Below, piece after piece: positions 9,871 through 24,747 of a stretch of 64,000 bases of DNA. The number at the start of each line of letters is the position of its first letter. The stretch's first letter is position 1. The DNA comes from Glycera tridactyla (lineage: Eukaryota), in the NCBI GenBank assembly GCA_965644265.1, contig OZ286463.1, forward strand, positions 104,408,001 through 104,472,000, written 5' to 3'. The notes beneath the pieces were generated by a model. The model did not search any database, had not been told where the DNA came from, and saw only the letters and a program-made list of their open reading frames with translations. Both the position numbers and the translations under genes were made by a program.

Positions 9871-12559
9871 TCGGATAGAAACCACGGTTTCATTTCATCA
9901 CTTATCATCACATTATGATACCTACTGTTTCCCCCTCTATGGAATCGCTAGTGTAGCAGACGGTACGATCCGGGTGAAGGTAGCAAATCATCTCATTAGT
10001 GATATTTGCTCAGAGATGAATGCAGAGTGTTTATCAGAAGTATGAAGCCAGTAGGAGAGAGTCATCAACAATCTGTATACAGATGTGGTTCCTGAATCAA
10101 ATCTTTGACTGCGACGTTCAGGGGGAAGTCTTTTCTTCAAGAGGTGAGATCCGGAGTTCTGTAGTGTTTTCAGCATAAACATTATACGCCCTTTTTATTT
10201 TATATTCAAGCATACAGAAAAGAAGTTGCTGAGCTTTCGAATTATATTTACTGATGACTTACTAATGACTGGCGAAAGTTTCAGGTCTCTAGGGAATCCA
10301 TTGTTCTATATATCAAGTAGATTCACCCTCTCTTCAAACACTGTAGTTTGTTGACTGTCTCCAATCATTAAGTGATTTCCATCTGATAGAAAAAATCAAG
10401 CCAGTAATATGCAAACAAGCAGGTGTTCTTTTGGGAAATCTACAAGACGACTTGCTCATCCCCCGAAATTAATGATGTTGATGCCAATGGCTAGGTACAC
10501 AGACTTTCTCCAAGAATTTAGTAGGCCCGTAGCCAGTGAAGCACTAATGGTCTATTTCTGGAAACTGTTTCGATGACAACTATGGAAATGGGGATCTGTC
10601 CTACTTACAAACGATTCACAAAGATGATCAAAAGACGACCATTCTGAGGTCCTATTCCAAGAAGCATTTGGAGCATTTCAGAATAAATAATACCATCAGA
10701 ATACCTCGAAATATTATCTCATGTAGCTTTGCTTGCGAGTCTATCAGTCGCAGAAGACAATGATCATCCGCTGCTACGACTCAACACTAGTCAACAGAGA
10801 CCATGCGTGAGGACCCAACGGCAATAGAGCGCACATTCTAGCCTAAATTGTGGGTAATAATGAACTTGTTTGCTTGTAGCCTGACATCCTCAAAGGTAGG
10901 ACGACGGGAGAGTGGAATAAAACTGTACCATTGCAGCATAGTGGTGCTCGATTCAGTGAACCAGAAATGCATCTACTCCGAATCACTTCCATGTTCAATT
11001 TGAGAACAGACACAGGTAGAGGAGATAGAGGAGGGTTTATCGGGAACGGGGAAGGCAGGGACCATCGTGAATCCCCTCATGCACGTAAAGAAGTCCTGCC
11101 CAGGTACATAGTGGACTGCAGAAAATCATGATTGCCTATTTTACTAGGGTCAACAAAGAGGGACATATTTGGATCATCCGATAGCGAAATTGATTGCTGT
11201 ATACGTATGTGTGATCGTGTGTACTAACCGAGAGATGTAGAGAGACCACTATAGTCTATAATGGGGTGCACGAATCCTGCCAGATGTGGACATATTTGTC
11301 CTACATCTATCAGTTACGATATATGACAAGCTAATCCGACTTATATAAGTGGGCCAGCTCTGATTCGTTAGCAAAATCTGCGGATGACAGGAAGACGATA
11401 TCACAAGAAATGGCACTATACTGGATCAGCATATCTGGCCGTGAGACTGCTAATCTAGGGATGATGAAGAGTGAGCACTCCGCGATGCGATGTCAGCTGA
11501 TATTCACCAGATTAGTGTGTGTATAGACGACGTGAAGTGACGTAATGATCAACCAGAATCAAATAGTCATCATACCCGCACGAGGCACAATTCGGTTGGT
11601 TGGATGAACTTACATATTATTATGCTGTCATTGAAGGTACGGCTAAAACATAATATTATGTTTGATGACATTTTATCGCTCTCTGGGTATTTGATGAAAT
11701 GCCACCACCGCGTCAACAGCATTTGTCTAAAATCAAAATGCTCATCACTGAATGAACAGTACAGAGTTCAGTCAAATTCGAATGTTCAACTTTGCATAAA
11801 CTATAGAAAGTGTTATGTAGGAGCAAAATATTATCACCATGTTGTTACTGAAATGCATTGTGAACTGATCTGGGTAAATGATGTTATCATGTTCGAAATT
11901 CGTATTTGTATTTGCTCATATGATGCATGTGGTTCCATGTTTTATGAAATATAGTGTGGATGTAAATTGTATCGAATTAGTTATGTCGTATTTGGTGAGA
12001 TGGAGAAGCCTCGTACATTCATCATGTCAGCAGATATCTATGAGGCTCACGAGGTTTTTATTACAATGGATTGGCAATATGGTGCGGAGCTCATCGTTCA
12101 TGATCTGCCTTAGCTGCCAGGCTCACACCATCTCCATTATCAGTTCCAGTTTCAGTCAGGCAGAAATTGTAGTTGAGTGATAGAATCTGATCTACATTTG
12201 ACTGAAATACATACCATAATAAATTATTTTGTACATCCCTCACGAGCAACCAACTGTATTTCATTGAGATGTCAATGGTTTTGACTTTGAGTGGAACCAT
12301 TCAGGACCCCTTCCTCTGGGTCCCCAGTGTAGGGCGGAATTACATGACATCCAAAATTTGTCTACCGACCTGTTATTCGTGAATGTATATGTATATACTG
12401 TTCGCATAAGCACTCAATACGACCTGGTTAGGTCAAGTGTAAATACCTTGTATCACAATTTGTGCAATGAGATTATTCTGTATCTATATCTGTATCTGAT
12501 ATATCATGATCAGGGAGAGTGGAATCGGGCGTTGTTGTTTATATGGTTCATTCCACAAG

Positions 12560-12880
12560 CGTACTCACCGCCTGCAAACTCAGGGTTTCTTAAATCTCCG
12601 TATATATTCGAACATCGTTTGATTCATGGATAAGCAGAACTGGTGATCACTGATGATCAATCCTGAGGAAAATATTGGCACGATCTCAGTTTACCAGAGG
12701 GGGCTCAATGCATCAGTTGAATCAGGTCTTGTGACACTGAATATCCTTGCGACTTAATGGATTCAAGCATTATTACTCTTATATCACCATGTACCCACTA
12801 ATTCAATAGTTTCTAGTGGTCGCTCCAGTTGCAGGGCCATCTACATCAATGACATTAAACTAATATAACAACACGATATA
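12560..12880 (+). mobile_element. Decayed CR1/L2-type RT fragment
   Basis: Motifs in RT order across frameshifts: ANSGFLK (~QSGFR), WIQALL, VSSG, IYINDI. Confidence 0.35.
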
Positions 12881-15654
12881 ATGAGCTGTTGAACAATACC
12901 CGGTAAATGTACCTGTGTGGGTGACATATGATGATATCCAGCATCATTCAAGGCCAGATAAATCATTAAGGCTGTTCCTGTAAGATGAGGCTGTGCTGTG
13001 TATTTCTCCTACCTTACAGTCACGTGTAGAGGGTGACCGTGACATTTCGTGTTTTTACTCGTCATGATGACTGCGATTAGCCAGGCAACTTGTGTCCTTG
13101 GAAACCTAATACAATCAAAAAAGATACCAGATAACGCATTGACAGGAAGTTAACTCACCAGACTTCCGTAGGATATATTGAATCGAAACGGTCAACATCT
13201 CTCCAACCCGGAATGGATAATAAGAGACCGAAGAGATGGGTCACTCCTAAAACAATAAAACGATATGCATTTAGATGAGCGTATTTGGCCGTGATAGGGG
13301 ACAAACAGAAAGTGGAGAGATTTGAATCCCTGGACATTTCTCAATTGTTTTTGTAATGACAGGGGCGGGATGATGAATCACCGGATCGAATTGCCGATAA
13401 TTGCACTAAACCACGTGCAATTGGAAACAATTTAGGGATTTCACACAAAAACGTGTAATTTTGTTGAATCAGGAAAAGCGAGTCATCTATCGAGAGAGAA
13501 CTGCAACCAGTAGAGGTAATTGTAAGTTTTGATGAAGATGTTTCATTCACTTGCCCCTGAATGACGTCTATCACGGATAGACGTGCCTGGATAAGTAGAA
13601 TATATATATAGAACTCTGTGCTCTGGGTGAATACTGTTCTATGGAAGCCAGAGTACACATGCCTACGGCTGGGAACGAAAGATGACTTGTAAGGACAGCG
13701 GTAGATACAAATTCTTCATTCATGATAACATTCTGAGGGTGCCCCCCCCCCAAAAAAAAACGAACTATCTCTGTTGTCAGCTGACCCCATGTAGGGCTTG
13801 ATTGTTTGACGTCATAATCGAGGCAAGAAGTCAAATGACAGCATCGGACATTCAATTGTTGAGATCCAGAGACAGATGACCGTCACATGACAATGTCTTG
13901 TCACTTCTCAAACTGACATGCTCGTGTGGCTCCTTGGTGACCAAATCTATCGCGTTTGACGGGCCTTCTGTTCAACAGGCTTGTATGACACATTGACTGT
14001 AAGGTATGATTCAAAGGACACCGGAGATGACTGCTCACATGTGAGTTGACAATCAAGATGAGATAGGAGATAGCAACTACCTCACCCGAGCATGGCTGAT
14101 GATGCATAGCTTGAAGGGTGGCCATCAAAAGGTCATTCCAAATTCAGCATCACATGGATTCGCCATTCATGATCCTCCATCACATAACAACTTTATATTT
14201 GTCTTTCAATTCATAAATATTTTCACTTATCTGTTTCATATGGTAAGTGAATGAAATCTACCTTGCAAGTGATGGTCAGCAAAATTTTGATTAAATATGG
14301 TAGGACTGCAGTAGAGTTCGCTACGATTTGTCCCTTCTAGTTCCCCTCATCTCTTGTAAATGTGCCGTCGTGCAAAGTATTCCTGAAAAGTCTTCAAAAG
14401 ACAATGGAGAGCAGGATAGACACGAGAAAAAATTGAGTACCGACCTTCAATGGGAAACAAATCCTCCCTGATATGACTGATGTGGGAATCGAGAAACTTC
14501 CGGTGAACGATTTTCTTCGGGTGAGTATGACACGTGATGATAGAAATAGCCCTCCCCAGTTAGTTGCTCAACACTCATCACCATGCAGGTCAGTGCCAAG
14601 TGACCATCATGCACATATTACTCAGATGAGGTAATCTCCAGCAGATAAGGTCTCGATATCACAATGTACGTAACATGATGGAACTATCTCAACAGATTGA
14701 AACCAGATATATCTTTGAATATTTGGAAGAACTTAGAGTGCTTCGAGAGACGTGACTCTTGGTTTTGCCGACTGTTCATCACTGGCCAGCCATCTGTGTT
14801 TAGTATCCAGGCTGCCTGCACATAAATTCTGCAAAGAGTTGGGCAAGAACTCAGGCAGGATTGCTTCATTCTTCAAGTCAGTGTTTTGAAAATAAAAATG
14901 CCAAATTTTCAAATGATGATTCTTCAAGATTCAAAGAATGATCACCGTGCAATACCTCAGTCCTTATCTTCACAGTACAGGCATTGGCTGAATGAATTAT
15001 TTGGAAACCAACCCCTAATTCAGTCTGAGCCTCGGCGAATCGCATTTCTGTCTGTGAACCTCATCATTTCTCGCCATTCGTCGGTGACTCAGAAGAACTA
15101 GTCTTGAATGATCTCTGATAACCCCCACTGCATTAGTGTCATGATATGGCTCGTATGGCACTGACGTGATTTGGGATCAGAATCAACCAACCTCGCTGAT
15201 TCGATCCCGCATTTGATTCCGATGCCTCTTCCCACTGATAGCACAAACAGTTCTGGATGTAATATGAACTACCATTCCCATCTTTATATTTCAAAGAGTA
15301 GGCAAAACTCACTGCTATCAGTCTATTGCGAATCTCCGTGCTCACCTCGATATCTATTTTGATTGCGCGGGCACATGAGTGATAGTCGAGCGAATGTGGA
15401 CGCCATCTTGGTGCAATTTATTCTGTTGAAAAACAAAGAATGATTGGGGCACAATCAGAAGGTGACACCCCAGCAATGAATCTCAGTTATCGCAAGCAAA
15501 ACAATCTGTCTCGAATATGCAGTAGGAACTAAACTGAATTGATTCCTGGAAATGAGAAGAACCGGGAAGAGAAACAGGGTTTGAAACTAGGGATTCAAGT
15601 ATCTGAGCTGTGTCCCCCCACTAGATAACCATTGGACATTCGATCACCGGAGAG

Positions 15655-15762
15655 TGAGAGAGGAGGAGAGAGAGATAGACACAGTGAGAGAGCTAGAGAG
15701 AGTGAGAAAGAGATAAAGAGAGAGAAAAATCGAGAGATTGAGAGAGAGGGAGAGAGAGACTA
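15655..15762. repeat. Degenerate (GA)n microsatellite
   Basis: Direct reading of the sequence. Confidence 0.85.
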
Positions 15763-18700
15763 GGTAGTTGATTCCGTGTTATGGTTGTCGGATACAGCCC
15801 TCTATATCTTGTTTCAAAGTAGTCCCCGATACAGGGTCAGAATTGATAGTGTTGCCATTCCAATCACACTTCTTTTCTTTCATTTCGTGTTCTGTTACAT
15901 CCTACTTTCTCTCTGCACAAATAGATTTATAATTCTTATGGTATTTTACTATATGAATAGGAACATGGTCCGAATACGAGGACAGAACTTGATTTGATCT
16001 GAGATGTCACAATCCCTGGTAAGAGTCGACAAATTGATGGCCAGATCAACGAACATAGCAGCTCCGAAAAACTACAACTAGTCATTTGGTAGCAACAGAA
16101 ACAGTCTTGAATTGCAGAATACTAAGCCATCATCCATAGCCATCATCGTTGTTTCACCAGTTTCTTTGTAGTGTGAGGCGTACAATGAAGTGAACAATCT
16201 GTTGATCGTCAGTTATGCATAAATTCTGTAATTGAAAAGACAGTACTCTAGATAGATATACTTTCCCTTCGGCAGTGCATATATGGATCGACTGTAATGT
16301 CAAGTCTGACCACAGTATGATTGGTGTATCTCTCCCTCAGTGATTCTTCTTCATTCTACAATATGTCATACATGGAATGATCCAACTTGAATGTACACTG
16401 ATTGCACCCTGGACAGTTCTTGTCACTACTCTTCAGTGTATCTTCTTGATTCTGAGCTATGTTGTTAACAGAGCGACATCTCTTTATGATACACTATGCC
16501 ATACTCTCCTTGAGTTTACAGTGTTATTTCTCCTTTGTTATATAGTATATCAGACCTCGTGTTATTCGTCTAAATTCTGATGTAGGTCATACCTTGAGAG
16601 ATCGTCCTTAACTAAACAGTGTATAATAGCCCAGGTGATGTATGAACCATAAGAATAGGGTTTTTCCTGGGGGAGCTCGAGTAGCGTATACTGGCTCGAA
16701 CATGGTCTATCAGTCGAAACACCCAAGCAATCTGACTTACAAGAATATCCCCATACTGAAAGACATATGGACGATTCTACCCTCTCTCTCAATCCCATGG
16801 TATGTGTTCCGAGATTATTGTAAGATAAGTCCCTCCGATCACCTGCCAGAGCAGTAATAGTATTTACTGCATCGCGTGCAAGGTATGCTCTGCACTGTAT
16901 GTAGGACAGACTGGCAACACCCCCCCCCCCCCTCACAAGTGATTTGGGGCACATTCAGGCAATATTATCAGAAAAAAACCCAAGAAGGATATCAGCAGAC
17001 ACTTGCTCCCTTCCAGAAACCAAGGGCTAGGGGACATGAAAATGTCAATTATTGATTCAATTTATGCCCCCCCCCTTAAACCAGATATTCAGTGACCTTA
17101 AGACTACAAATCGAATTCAGTTGGATACAGAGATACAGGATGCCGGGATTGGAGACATTATAGAGATAGTAATGGTCAACTGTATCTGCAGTAGGAAGAG
17201 CACGCTCCACATACCACTCAGTGCGAGGCCATCATCAAGCAAACATTCAAGCTGTCAATATTCTCAAAAGGGAAGTTCAACTGGAATAGAAACGCACTCC
17301 CCACCAGGCTGTATGTGCATATACACCCACATAGTATATGATATTTGGTAGTTTGTCTGTGATTACCCCGTTTACACAATACACTATATGTTCTCAGCAT
17401 AATTTAATCCATTATATTCTTTCAGCTTGGAACAGGTTAGTCAAGGAATGCCTATCATTTCAAAGTGACAGCCCTCTCTACCGCCCAGATGTGACCAGTT
17501 AATGAACAAATATACTCAACCAATATTGATTTCATGAGTTCTAATCACAACTTAGAACAACGGAAATAAAATTTCCTTAAAATTTCAATGAAGATAAATT
17601 GGATTATTGAAATTTAGATTACATGACATATATGATACTTCTGTATCATAACCCGGAATGATAGCAAGACACAGCATTCTGTAATTGGTCCACAAAGCGA
17701 ACAATAGAACACTAGGGAGAGTGTCATCTTCTGACCAGTCACAATGGGAGGCATCACTATAGCTACACTGGATCCCACTATAACGACGCCTATTGACGTA
17801 GTGACGCATCACGCTGTGACGTCATCAGCGGTGGTTGTAAACATTTCCGTCATTCCGAGTCTCACCTTGGGCAGCAGCGGACACGTTGCATCGTACATAT
17901 ATGTATAGGTGTGTACATGCACTGTTGGGCGTGTTTCTTGCCGTTTATTACGTAGTGATTATCATAGGTTTGGTGGGATATCATATCCCTTCATCATCCA
18001 CGCCGATGGTATCCGTCGTGAAAAAGGGAATGAAAGTAGATAAGAGGAAATGAAGTAGTTTCCCTCGAGACAACACGACATCAGTGAGTGTCTACTTACA
18101 ACCCAGCCTGCACCTTAATCTGATGAAAAAACCGTTTACAATGAGATTAGATGATTCGACCGAGAAGGCATCTCTTGTGTGAACACAAGTTTACACTTCG
18201 GCTGAATGCATCTCACGTGTGAAGTAAGTGGACCTCGACATCCCATCAGGAAAGGCTTCTCGTCTGAATTTCAACTGACTGTGAATTCATTTCAATACGA
18301 TAGAAAAGTCACTCTGAAACGGAGTCGTCCGAATTAAGACGAAATCATGGAAAGCAGTCGAGACTTGATCAAGTGGGGGGGGGGGGGGGGGGGTCGACGG
18401 AATGGTATGTGATGTTGGGTTATATGATGGTCTCAATTATCTAGACTATGTAACAAATCGTTTAGGAAGTTAGGAATTATACGAGAGGTTCAGTAATAAC
18501 GATCTTTGAGATGAGATAAGATAGAATAAGAAAAACGTTCATTGCTCAAGGTACATAAATTAGAAGTGACCCGAATGGTCATATAACACGCTTGAGCATA
18601 GAATACATTGTATCACAATAGTAACAATTTCAAACAAGATTGAAAAGATTTATGATTATGGATCATTTCTTTAAGTATGGTTTTATAACTGTCACAAGAA

Positions 18701-19345
18701 GTCATGGCATACCAGATGTGTGGTAGGTCTGGGTTAACACATTCATTTCGTATGGAACACTCAATTCTAATATATATGCTGGGTGTGGTGGTTCAGGTGA
18801 TGTTACATGGTGATCGTGTCAAGAATGGAACCTATTTAAAAAAATCGCAGAGCTAAATTCAGACCGGATGAGTGGATAACGTACAGGAAACGACCGTCCA
18901 AGACTTGGCGCCCCTCTGTATACTGATGCTGGCTCCCGCACCTTGGGCTAACTAGATACACATTGGCACTCTATATAGCTACTTGAAGATCTGCTTTTGC
19001 ACAGAGCCAAAATGATACTAGAGTAATCGGATGATAGTCGGCATTTGATGTTTCCATTGCTTGACTCCTTCTTCTAGAGTGTGAAATATATGACACAAAA
19101 ACAGATCCGAATACCAAACTCCTGTGAGACATATAAGCATGATATACATCTGACTGAATGTATCCTCGGGATGGGTGTTGATAGATTTCAAGCAGACTCA
19201 ACAATGATCCGTGCTACTGATATGCGGCGCAGTGTGCAACGCCCTGATGGGAATGAGATGATATCGGCTCCAATTTAAAAGAAATAGTTTAATCATAACG
19301 GTGAGAGACTTCAAGTGCTTCCAGACGGTTCGCAAGTCGCTTATC

Positions 19346-19480
19346 AAACCGTTTCACCAATTGGCTCATCTAACTGGTGGAACATCCACCAATATTGTAT
19401 TATCCTCATGAGAAACCGTTTCACCGATTGGTTCACATAACTGGTGGAATATCCAGAAATATTGTATTATCCTCATGAGA
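19346..19480 (+). repeat. Two-copy 67-bp tandem duplication
   Basis: AAACCGTTTCACC...TATTATCCTCATGAG starts at 19346 and again at 19413. Confidence 0.9.
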
Positions 19481-21958
19481 AAATCTCAAGAAACTTCTGT
19501 ATGAATCAGGCGGATGCTACAGCAAAATATTTGAATTGTCATAGACTCACGCTCTCTTTTCTAGCAAAGGTTCGTGCATACAAAGCACATCTAATATGGT
19601 CACTGATCTGGCCTGCATGACGGGATTGACTCAGACTGACAAGTGTAGGTTAGGCACACCCAATATATCTTTGTGCCAACATTGTCACGATCTACCGGAG
19701 CCGGTCAGTGATTGGAACACTTTCCTTGGCTATATATTATCTTCCATTGTTGTTCCTCTCATTGTGCCTGACTCGCCTGATGTGCACAATGCCATTCGTG
19801 TCTACTGTTGGCTGTGCTTGTACTTGTATTTTTCTCATGCCTACATAGGCTGTTGCTTTGTCGGTTGTTCACATCTAACTGACACCCTTTGGAATTTCTC
19901 AATTCACACAATGGAATGATATTTGAACTCACATACCTGAACTATTTGGATTTTTGTCATGAGCGTATTTCATGATATACTCTCTTGAAACAGACATGAG
20001 CAACCTGATATAAGCCGAAGCTAGGTGTAGCCATTTGATAACTTAGTTTGGCGTCCTTTGGGAAATTTGATTATTGGTCTGGGTGGATTGAATAGATCCT
20101 GATGACAGATGACATTTGTATTCTGACACCTTCCTCATTGCTTCAATCCAGTCATTATCTCACTTTGAAGCACATGTAACGTCACGTGACCAGCCGAAAT
20201 GTCGTCAAAATCGGTTCAATATTCGTCCCAAAGTAAGCACATTTCGTATTCTTCACAGATCTTGGAACCAAGAACACTGTCATCTCTACCATCAACTTAG
20301 TATTATATGACTCAACCATCCTGTTCTGGTATGGTGGATTATCGCTCCAGATTGGAAGATGGTTCCCACACTGATGACAGTTACCGCGTCATCTGTGGGA
20401 GCTTCAATCTCTAAACGAAATCAGTCATTCATAAATGCACCTGAGTGAAGAAAATCACAATTTAATGATTCAGGGGAAAAAAATGACTGGGCCAAGCTGT
20501 TCTTCGACTGATTTCTCACATCTCCCCCATGTGCTCAATACTCAAGATTTTTGTGATTTGTTCATTTTACTATCACAGAATCCTCATCATTTCACTCTAG
20601 TGTTTATTTATCCATTCATCCAAACTGCTTGGGAATAGAAATAGGAATGATATCAGATGTCTCACTCGACATGAAATGTTATTTATCATTGAAACATGTT
20701 GATTGTTTTGGGCGTATGTCAAGTTTGCCTGATCCTCGCTGCAGCGTGGCATACTATATTATGATTGTGACGCATTTACATCTGATGGAGCTATATTGAA
20801 TGACTCTGACACTAGGCCCCACATCCCCGAATCGAATTGCGCCGTATTAACAATCGAGCAGGACTTACTAGTCAAACACCCACCCGCCCCTCGGATATTG
20901 ACCCCACTTGAGCAGAATGATGATGCGGGTATGGATGCTCTAATTACTGTACATATCAGGTCAATTGACTGCTGAAAACCTTTTTGAGAATTTGCAACTT
21001 CGCCAATTTCTCCCGTACATTGTCACCAATGTTTCAATCACACGGGATAATCTTGATAACAATGATATCCAGTTGGAGGGGTCGTGGTGATGGTTGAATG
21101 GGTCTCGGCGAGTCCAGCTATCTGGCTATCGATTATTTAACAGTGGGATCGATAGGAACCACAGTCCACCACAGTGTTTTGTCGATAGCCGATGAACCAG
21201 GCTCGTTCGATCAGTATGGATGTTTTTTCTTTCTCAGGATGAGACTAAATTACACTGAAATTATATTTTTCGGGGGGAAATGAAGTCAACACAGACGTCC
21301 CAAGGAGCGCTAATGAATATATTCAGAAACCAAAAAATTATATCTTCGTCCTCCCAAAAAAGGAAGAGCATGTATGAGTTGCCAACCAATTCTGCTTGGT
21401 GATTGTCAGAAACGTGACTTGAGCATCACAGGAAGTATACCGGGGCATATCATTCAGTGTTTCACTCAATAAAGAAAGGATCAGTTACTGCTTCTCCCAC
21501 TCTGTCACATGATTGAGGAGCTGTCTTGGTAGGTCAGCTTGATATTTTCTATTGTGCAATACTGATTAGCTCCCAAGAAGAGCTGCCGTAAAAGATAATT
21601 CAATTCAGGTGTCCTGCATTGATGACCTATAGATGTTAACTGCGTGAACATTGAGGAGAGGGCAGGATTAGCCTCGACATAAATACTAGGCCACAAAAGA
21701 TGTCAGAGGTTTTTATGAGTTTTTCACCATCTTCACCAGGATTGATCCACTCAATGAATGGAATATCCGATTGTGGGTTGAATAAGTAATCCCCCAAGCA
21801 ACATACACTTTCCCGGAAGCTGACGCTTGATGAGATGAGATATGAGGCTTTAACTGATGAACCAACAGAATATTTGATGAATTGAAAGTATTGTTTGCAA
21901 GGACACATCAATTATATAGGTGATTGTATGGCAGCCTTTCGTCCAATCATTTTATATA

Positions 21959-22044
21959 TAGTAGAATCTGCAGACGCCAACCACCCTTTGGGAATAAAAA
22001 AGTGGTTGCTTAAGACAGGTGGTTGCTTGATACAGGTTTCACTG
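21959..22044. mobile_element. 86-bp Tc1/mariner(pogo)-type MITE flanked by TA
   Basis: The right end read on the minus strand is TA-CAGTGAAACCTGTATCAAGCAACCACC. The left end is a degenerate copy (19/29 matches), TA-TAGTAGAATCTGCAGACGCCAACCACC. TA dinucleotides at 21957-58 and 22045-46. Confidence 0.55.
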
Positions 22045-24140
22045 TAATTATATCCATTTTTGTCTCGTCTATCCCGTCACCTCCACCTTATCGGGAATGC
22101 TATAGGTGAGAGACAAAATGGATAAAATGAAGTATTTTGCATTAAAACACATCGTGCTGTACGGTAGGATTCAACATGGTATGATTTCAGATGATTTAAG
22201 CTGCTAAGCCTCATGAGGTGATTATAAAAACATTTCACAAATCTTGTACTGTAGGGGAATCGATGACACAAGTTATTTATTGAATCTGGGAACTGATGTA
22301 AATGATTTCGGATTTGAAAGGAGGAGATTGCTCTCACCAATCCATCTTTTTCAATAATACATATACGATCTGGTATTCAGTGAAGATGATTATATGATAT
22401 AGAGATGGTTGCAAGACGGCTGCTCCCTTTTCCACAGCCTTGGTTGCTCGATCATATGTAGATCTAATGCATGCATCATTCATAGCCGGCATAAAACCCC
22501 TACACGGCTACTCACTGAGCATATGTATACATATAGGGCTTGGCCGGAATAACAACAACGAAATAGTCACCTTGCGCATTCTGAATTTATGGGCGCCGCC
22601 ATCTTGAACTATTGGCTATGATGACGGCGATGTATAATGACAGCTCCCTGTCAAGGTACTCCCGGTAGTCCAGCTTATCATATAACTGTCATGAGAGTGA
22701 TGATCACATTCGATGCTCTTCAGGGTGATGATATCTGAGAAATAATCTACATTTGAAATTGATGATACATGAGATGGAATAGGATGATCTGAGAAGATTC
22801 GCTGATTTGATTGCGTCTGGAAATGCAAGAGGAAAACAGTGGATAGGTGAGTGAGTGATGAGTCACTGCATAACTAGTGGATTGATGACACCTTGATGGA
22901 CAACATGAGACACGAGCATTAGTATTCTGAGTAGGTGCAGCAGTATCGCGCACTCGCGTTCTCAGTGCAGAGATAGGTACCGTCTGCACACACCAGCACA
23001 AGCCATGTGGTCGAGAATGAAGCAGCAAGCGTTACAATCGAATCAAATATTGATGATGGCCTAGATCTAGAAATCTCGATCAGGATAGCCAGAGCAGTTA
23101 TTTGAAATACATATTCCTATCGCGTATAATCCTCTTTTTTTTGCTCTATAGAGACGACTTTCAGTCCTATCTCTCCGATTCGTAGATTTGAATATCATGG
23201 GTTTCATCATTTCCACATGAATTGTTATTCCTATCCATTGCCCACCTTCACCTCAAACAAAAAGACTGTTTCGAAGAGAAATTTCTAATAATTTTTCATG
23301 CATTACTCTGGTCAAACAAGTGTGAATTTGGAAGATGAGTGAATCCCGATGGTAATAGCGGTTTCGATGAACTGATAGGGTGGTGACGCTAGGTTTGGGT
23401 GTGTCCTTCATATTTTTAGAGGGGTGATCATAAATCCTGGTCTCTAGGGACGCATGCATCAATTTATGACACGTCAACATATTGCCTTTCCAGAAATTGC
23501 ATCCCATCTGGTCGGTAACATTCCTTTGTGGATGCGGGCCATCGCCTGGTGAGTATATCACAGTCAGATATGGGCGTGATCGAGTTTCATTTTCCCTTTG
23601 ATTTTCCCCCTGTGTCTGGGACTGAATCCGCTTTTATTCTCATCTCATTTGGAATCATATAATTGCCGATCTCATCATCTCGAAGTCAATCTCCTGATAT
23701 CCTTGAAGCCTTCATCCTACGTTACAACCTCTGTATCAGCTTGAGCCTTTTTCATCTCCTTCGTGAGTGAACAACCACAAGTTCTGAATGAATGCATAGG
23801 CTAAACAAACCACAACGTCCCATGACCGAGTACCAAGGTTCCTAACAATTGAAATTGGAGTGATAATAGGATCAGCCATTGAAAGTTGACTTCTCCTCCG
23901 GAATTTCTCTTGCCCAATGCCTTGCCGAAGTTGTCGCGACTCAGTGATGGTATCTCAGCATCCGTGATGCCTGTACTCGTATTACATGCCAGTAGATTCA
24001 AAATGAAGAATTACCAAGCCAATGAATGAACAGATAAAATCCTTTAAAATGATCAATGCATTGAATCGAGTAATTGATTAGTGAATACAAAATCAATTAA
24101 AAATGAATAGAAGAATACATATATAAATGAACAAACAAAA

Positions 24141-24202
24141 AATGAATGAATGAATGAATGATTGAATGAATTGATGAATGGAAGGATGAATGAATGAATG
24201 AA
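24141..24202. repeat. (GAAT)n microsatellite
   Basis: Direct reading of the sequence. Confidence 0.85.
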
Positions 24203-24747
24203 AAGACAAAACGATTCTGCACCATTCAGTGTATGATGTGGTTAAGAATTCTCTGGCAATAGGTTGGGCGCTCTGAATCGAGATTGCTCCTACGCCTATT
24301 GCATGTGTCACATTGGGAGTCTGAGAGCTGATGTTTCACAATAAACCCCGATCAACTCACCAGCCCGAAGATGCATGCAACTCAATGCTGTACCTTAGCA
24401 CTCATTGCAAATTCGCTCCATTTACACATCGACGTGAGATCCTCATTCATTGATATTCAAATCGGCTCAATCTTTACAAATATTTTGTCCGAATATGTTC
24501 GGATTCGGAAACCGGATGGTTATTAAATTGTCGATAGCAGTGATGTGGGCAGAGGAAGGGAATGGGATGAGAACCACAAATGGCAAATGTTAAGAGGAGA
24601 CTGGCAGTCCAATTTTTGGCGGGTGTTTGGTGACATGTGGAGGCGGAAATGTGGCTGTGAATCGACCCACCTATTGTGGCAGGACATCAAGTTGACACGA
24701 GTCAATTACTGCAATGTGAAAGCACGTTGTCAGTATCGTAGCTCGGC

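Noticed and set aside
11260-11390. GVHES...SADD as a CR1 RT relic
   Set aside because: Only two very degenerate motifs across frameshifts; cannot be supported without a search.
16660-16790. FPGGARV...RHMDDST as an RT relic
   Set aside because: Weak similarity requiring a frameshift; no additional motifs.
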